Notes under the pieces: generated by a model | Database searches by the model: none | What the model saw: only the letters and a program-made list of their open reading frames with translations | Told to the model about the DNA's origin: nothing | Source of the DNA: Gemmatimonadales bacterium | Lineage (GTDB): Bacteria; Gemmatimonadota; Gemmatimonadetes; Gemmatimonadales; GWC2-71-9 | Assembly: GCA_036558345.1 (NCBI GenBank) | Contig: DATBFV010000041.1 | Location: 2,289-66,288 of the forward strand | Direction of reading: 5' to 3' | DNA: 64,000 bases | In this document: piece by piece, positions 63,906 through 64,000 of the stretch | Layout of the letters: each line of letters starts with the position of its first letter | Position numbering within the stretch: the stretch's first letter is position 1 | Position numbers and translations under genes: made by a program

Positions 63906-64000
63906 TTGTTTCCCTTTCGCTCATCGATGAGGCGGCGGATCTGTTCCAGCTCAGCGGGGGTCGCTCGGCTAGTGGACAACGCTTGCAGGACGAGCGCCAG
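63902..64000 (-). CDS. BlaI/MecI/CopY-family transcriptional repressor, C-terminal part (gene runs off the right window edge)
   Basis: The minus-strand frame is open from the window edge: ..LALVLQALSTSRATPAELEQIRRLIDERKGNK*. The stop TGA at 63902-63904 overlaps the M56 gene start. The position and the C-terminal helix pattern fit BlaI-type repressors. Only 32 codons are visible. Confidence 0.6.
   Translation of the reverse strand: MALVLQALSTSRATPAELEQIRRLIDERKGNK

Overview
This is a high-GC (by eye about two-thirds G+C), very gene-dense bacterial chromosomal segment. I call about 50 protein-coding genes. I could not recognise any rRNA, tRNA, CRISPR array, transposase or integrase. All product calls rest on motif recognition in the supplied translations; no database search was run.

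The gene content includes many secreted peptidases, a TonB-dependent receptor, a split MacAB-type ABC system, Ser/Thr kinases, GH57-only glycogen genes and a BlaI/BlaR1-like pair. That fits a Gemmatimonadota/Acidobacteriota-like soil bacterium, but this is inference only.

Many track ORFs carry spurious N-terminal extensions. I trimmed these to starts that give signal peptides, lipoboxes or 4-nt ATGA/GTGA overlaps with the upstream gene.

Main blocks, left to right:
- A Ser/Thr kinase with a SARP/BTAD-AAA regulator, then xthA.
- An ArsR-SRPBCC-VOC trio.
- A large outer-membrane peptidase/beta-propeller/Omp85-like protein.
- A 14.5-kb same-strand array (glgP, glgA, three GH57 genes, mtnB-mtnD-mtnC, a LemA-DUF2207 fusion, an M28 peptidase).
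- Pirin, a DAACS symporter and a second kinase.
- DUF456, YceI and PAP2.
- A TPM protein, an NTase-like protein and a second LemA.
- cspA, a GGDEF cyclase and a Tat-exported amidase.
- PuuD-like urate hydroxylase.
- MacAB-like ABC genes plus a TonB-dependent receptor.
- A five-gene overlap-coupled operon of unknown pathway.
- An S9 peptidase, then BlaI with an M56 (BlaR1-like) protein carrying about 15 HEAT repeats.

Most interesting observations:
1. The uncharacterised operon at 51534-58017: a GcvT-like aminomethyltransferase, two CrtI/PYROXD2-like flavoproteins (one with a degenerate FAD motif), a Rieske oxygenase and a PLP decarboxylase.
2. Two LemA modules in different architectures. One is a Rosetta-stone fusion to DUF2207. 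The other sits beside a TPM protein. Both partners end in poly-Gly tails.
3. A 43-44-nt palindromic REP-like element present twice in inverted orientation. One copy lies in frame inside the amidase signal-peptide/linker region. The other fills the gap between convergent stop codons.
4. A BlaR1-like sensor whose penicillin-binding domain is replaced by a HEAT-repeat array predicted to be periplasmic.
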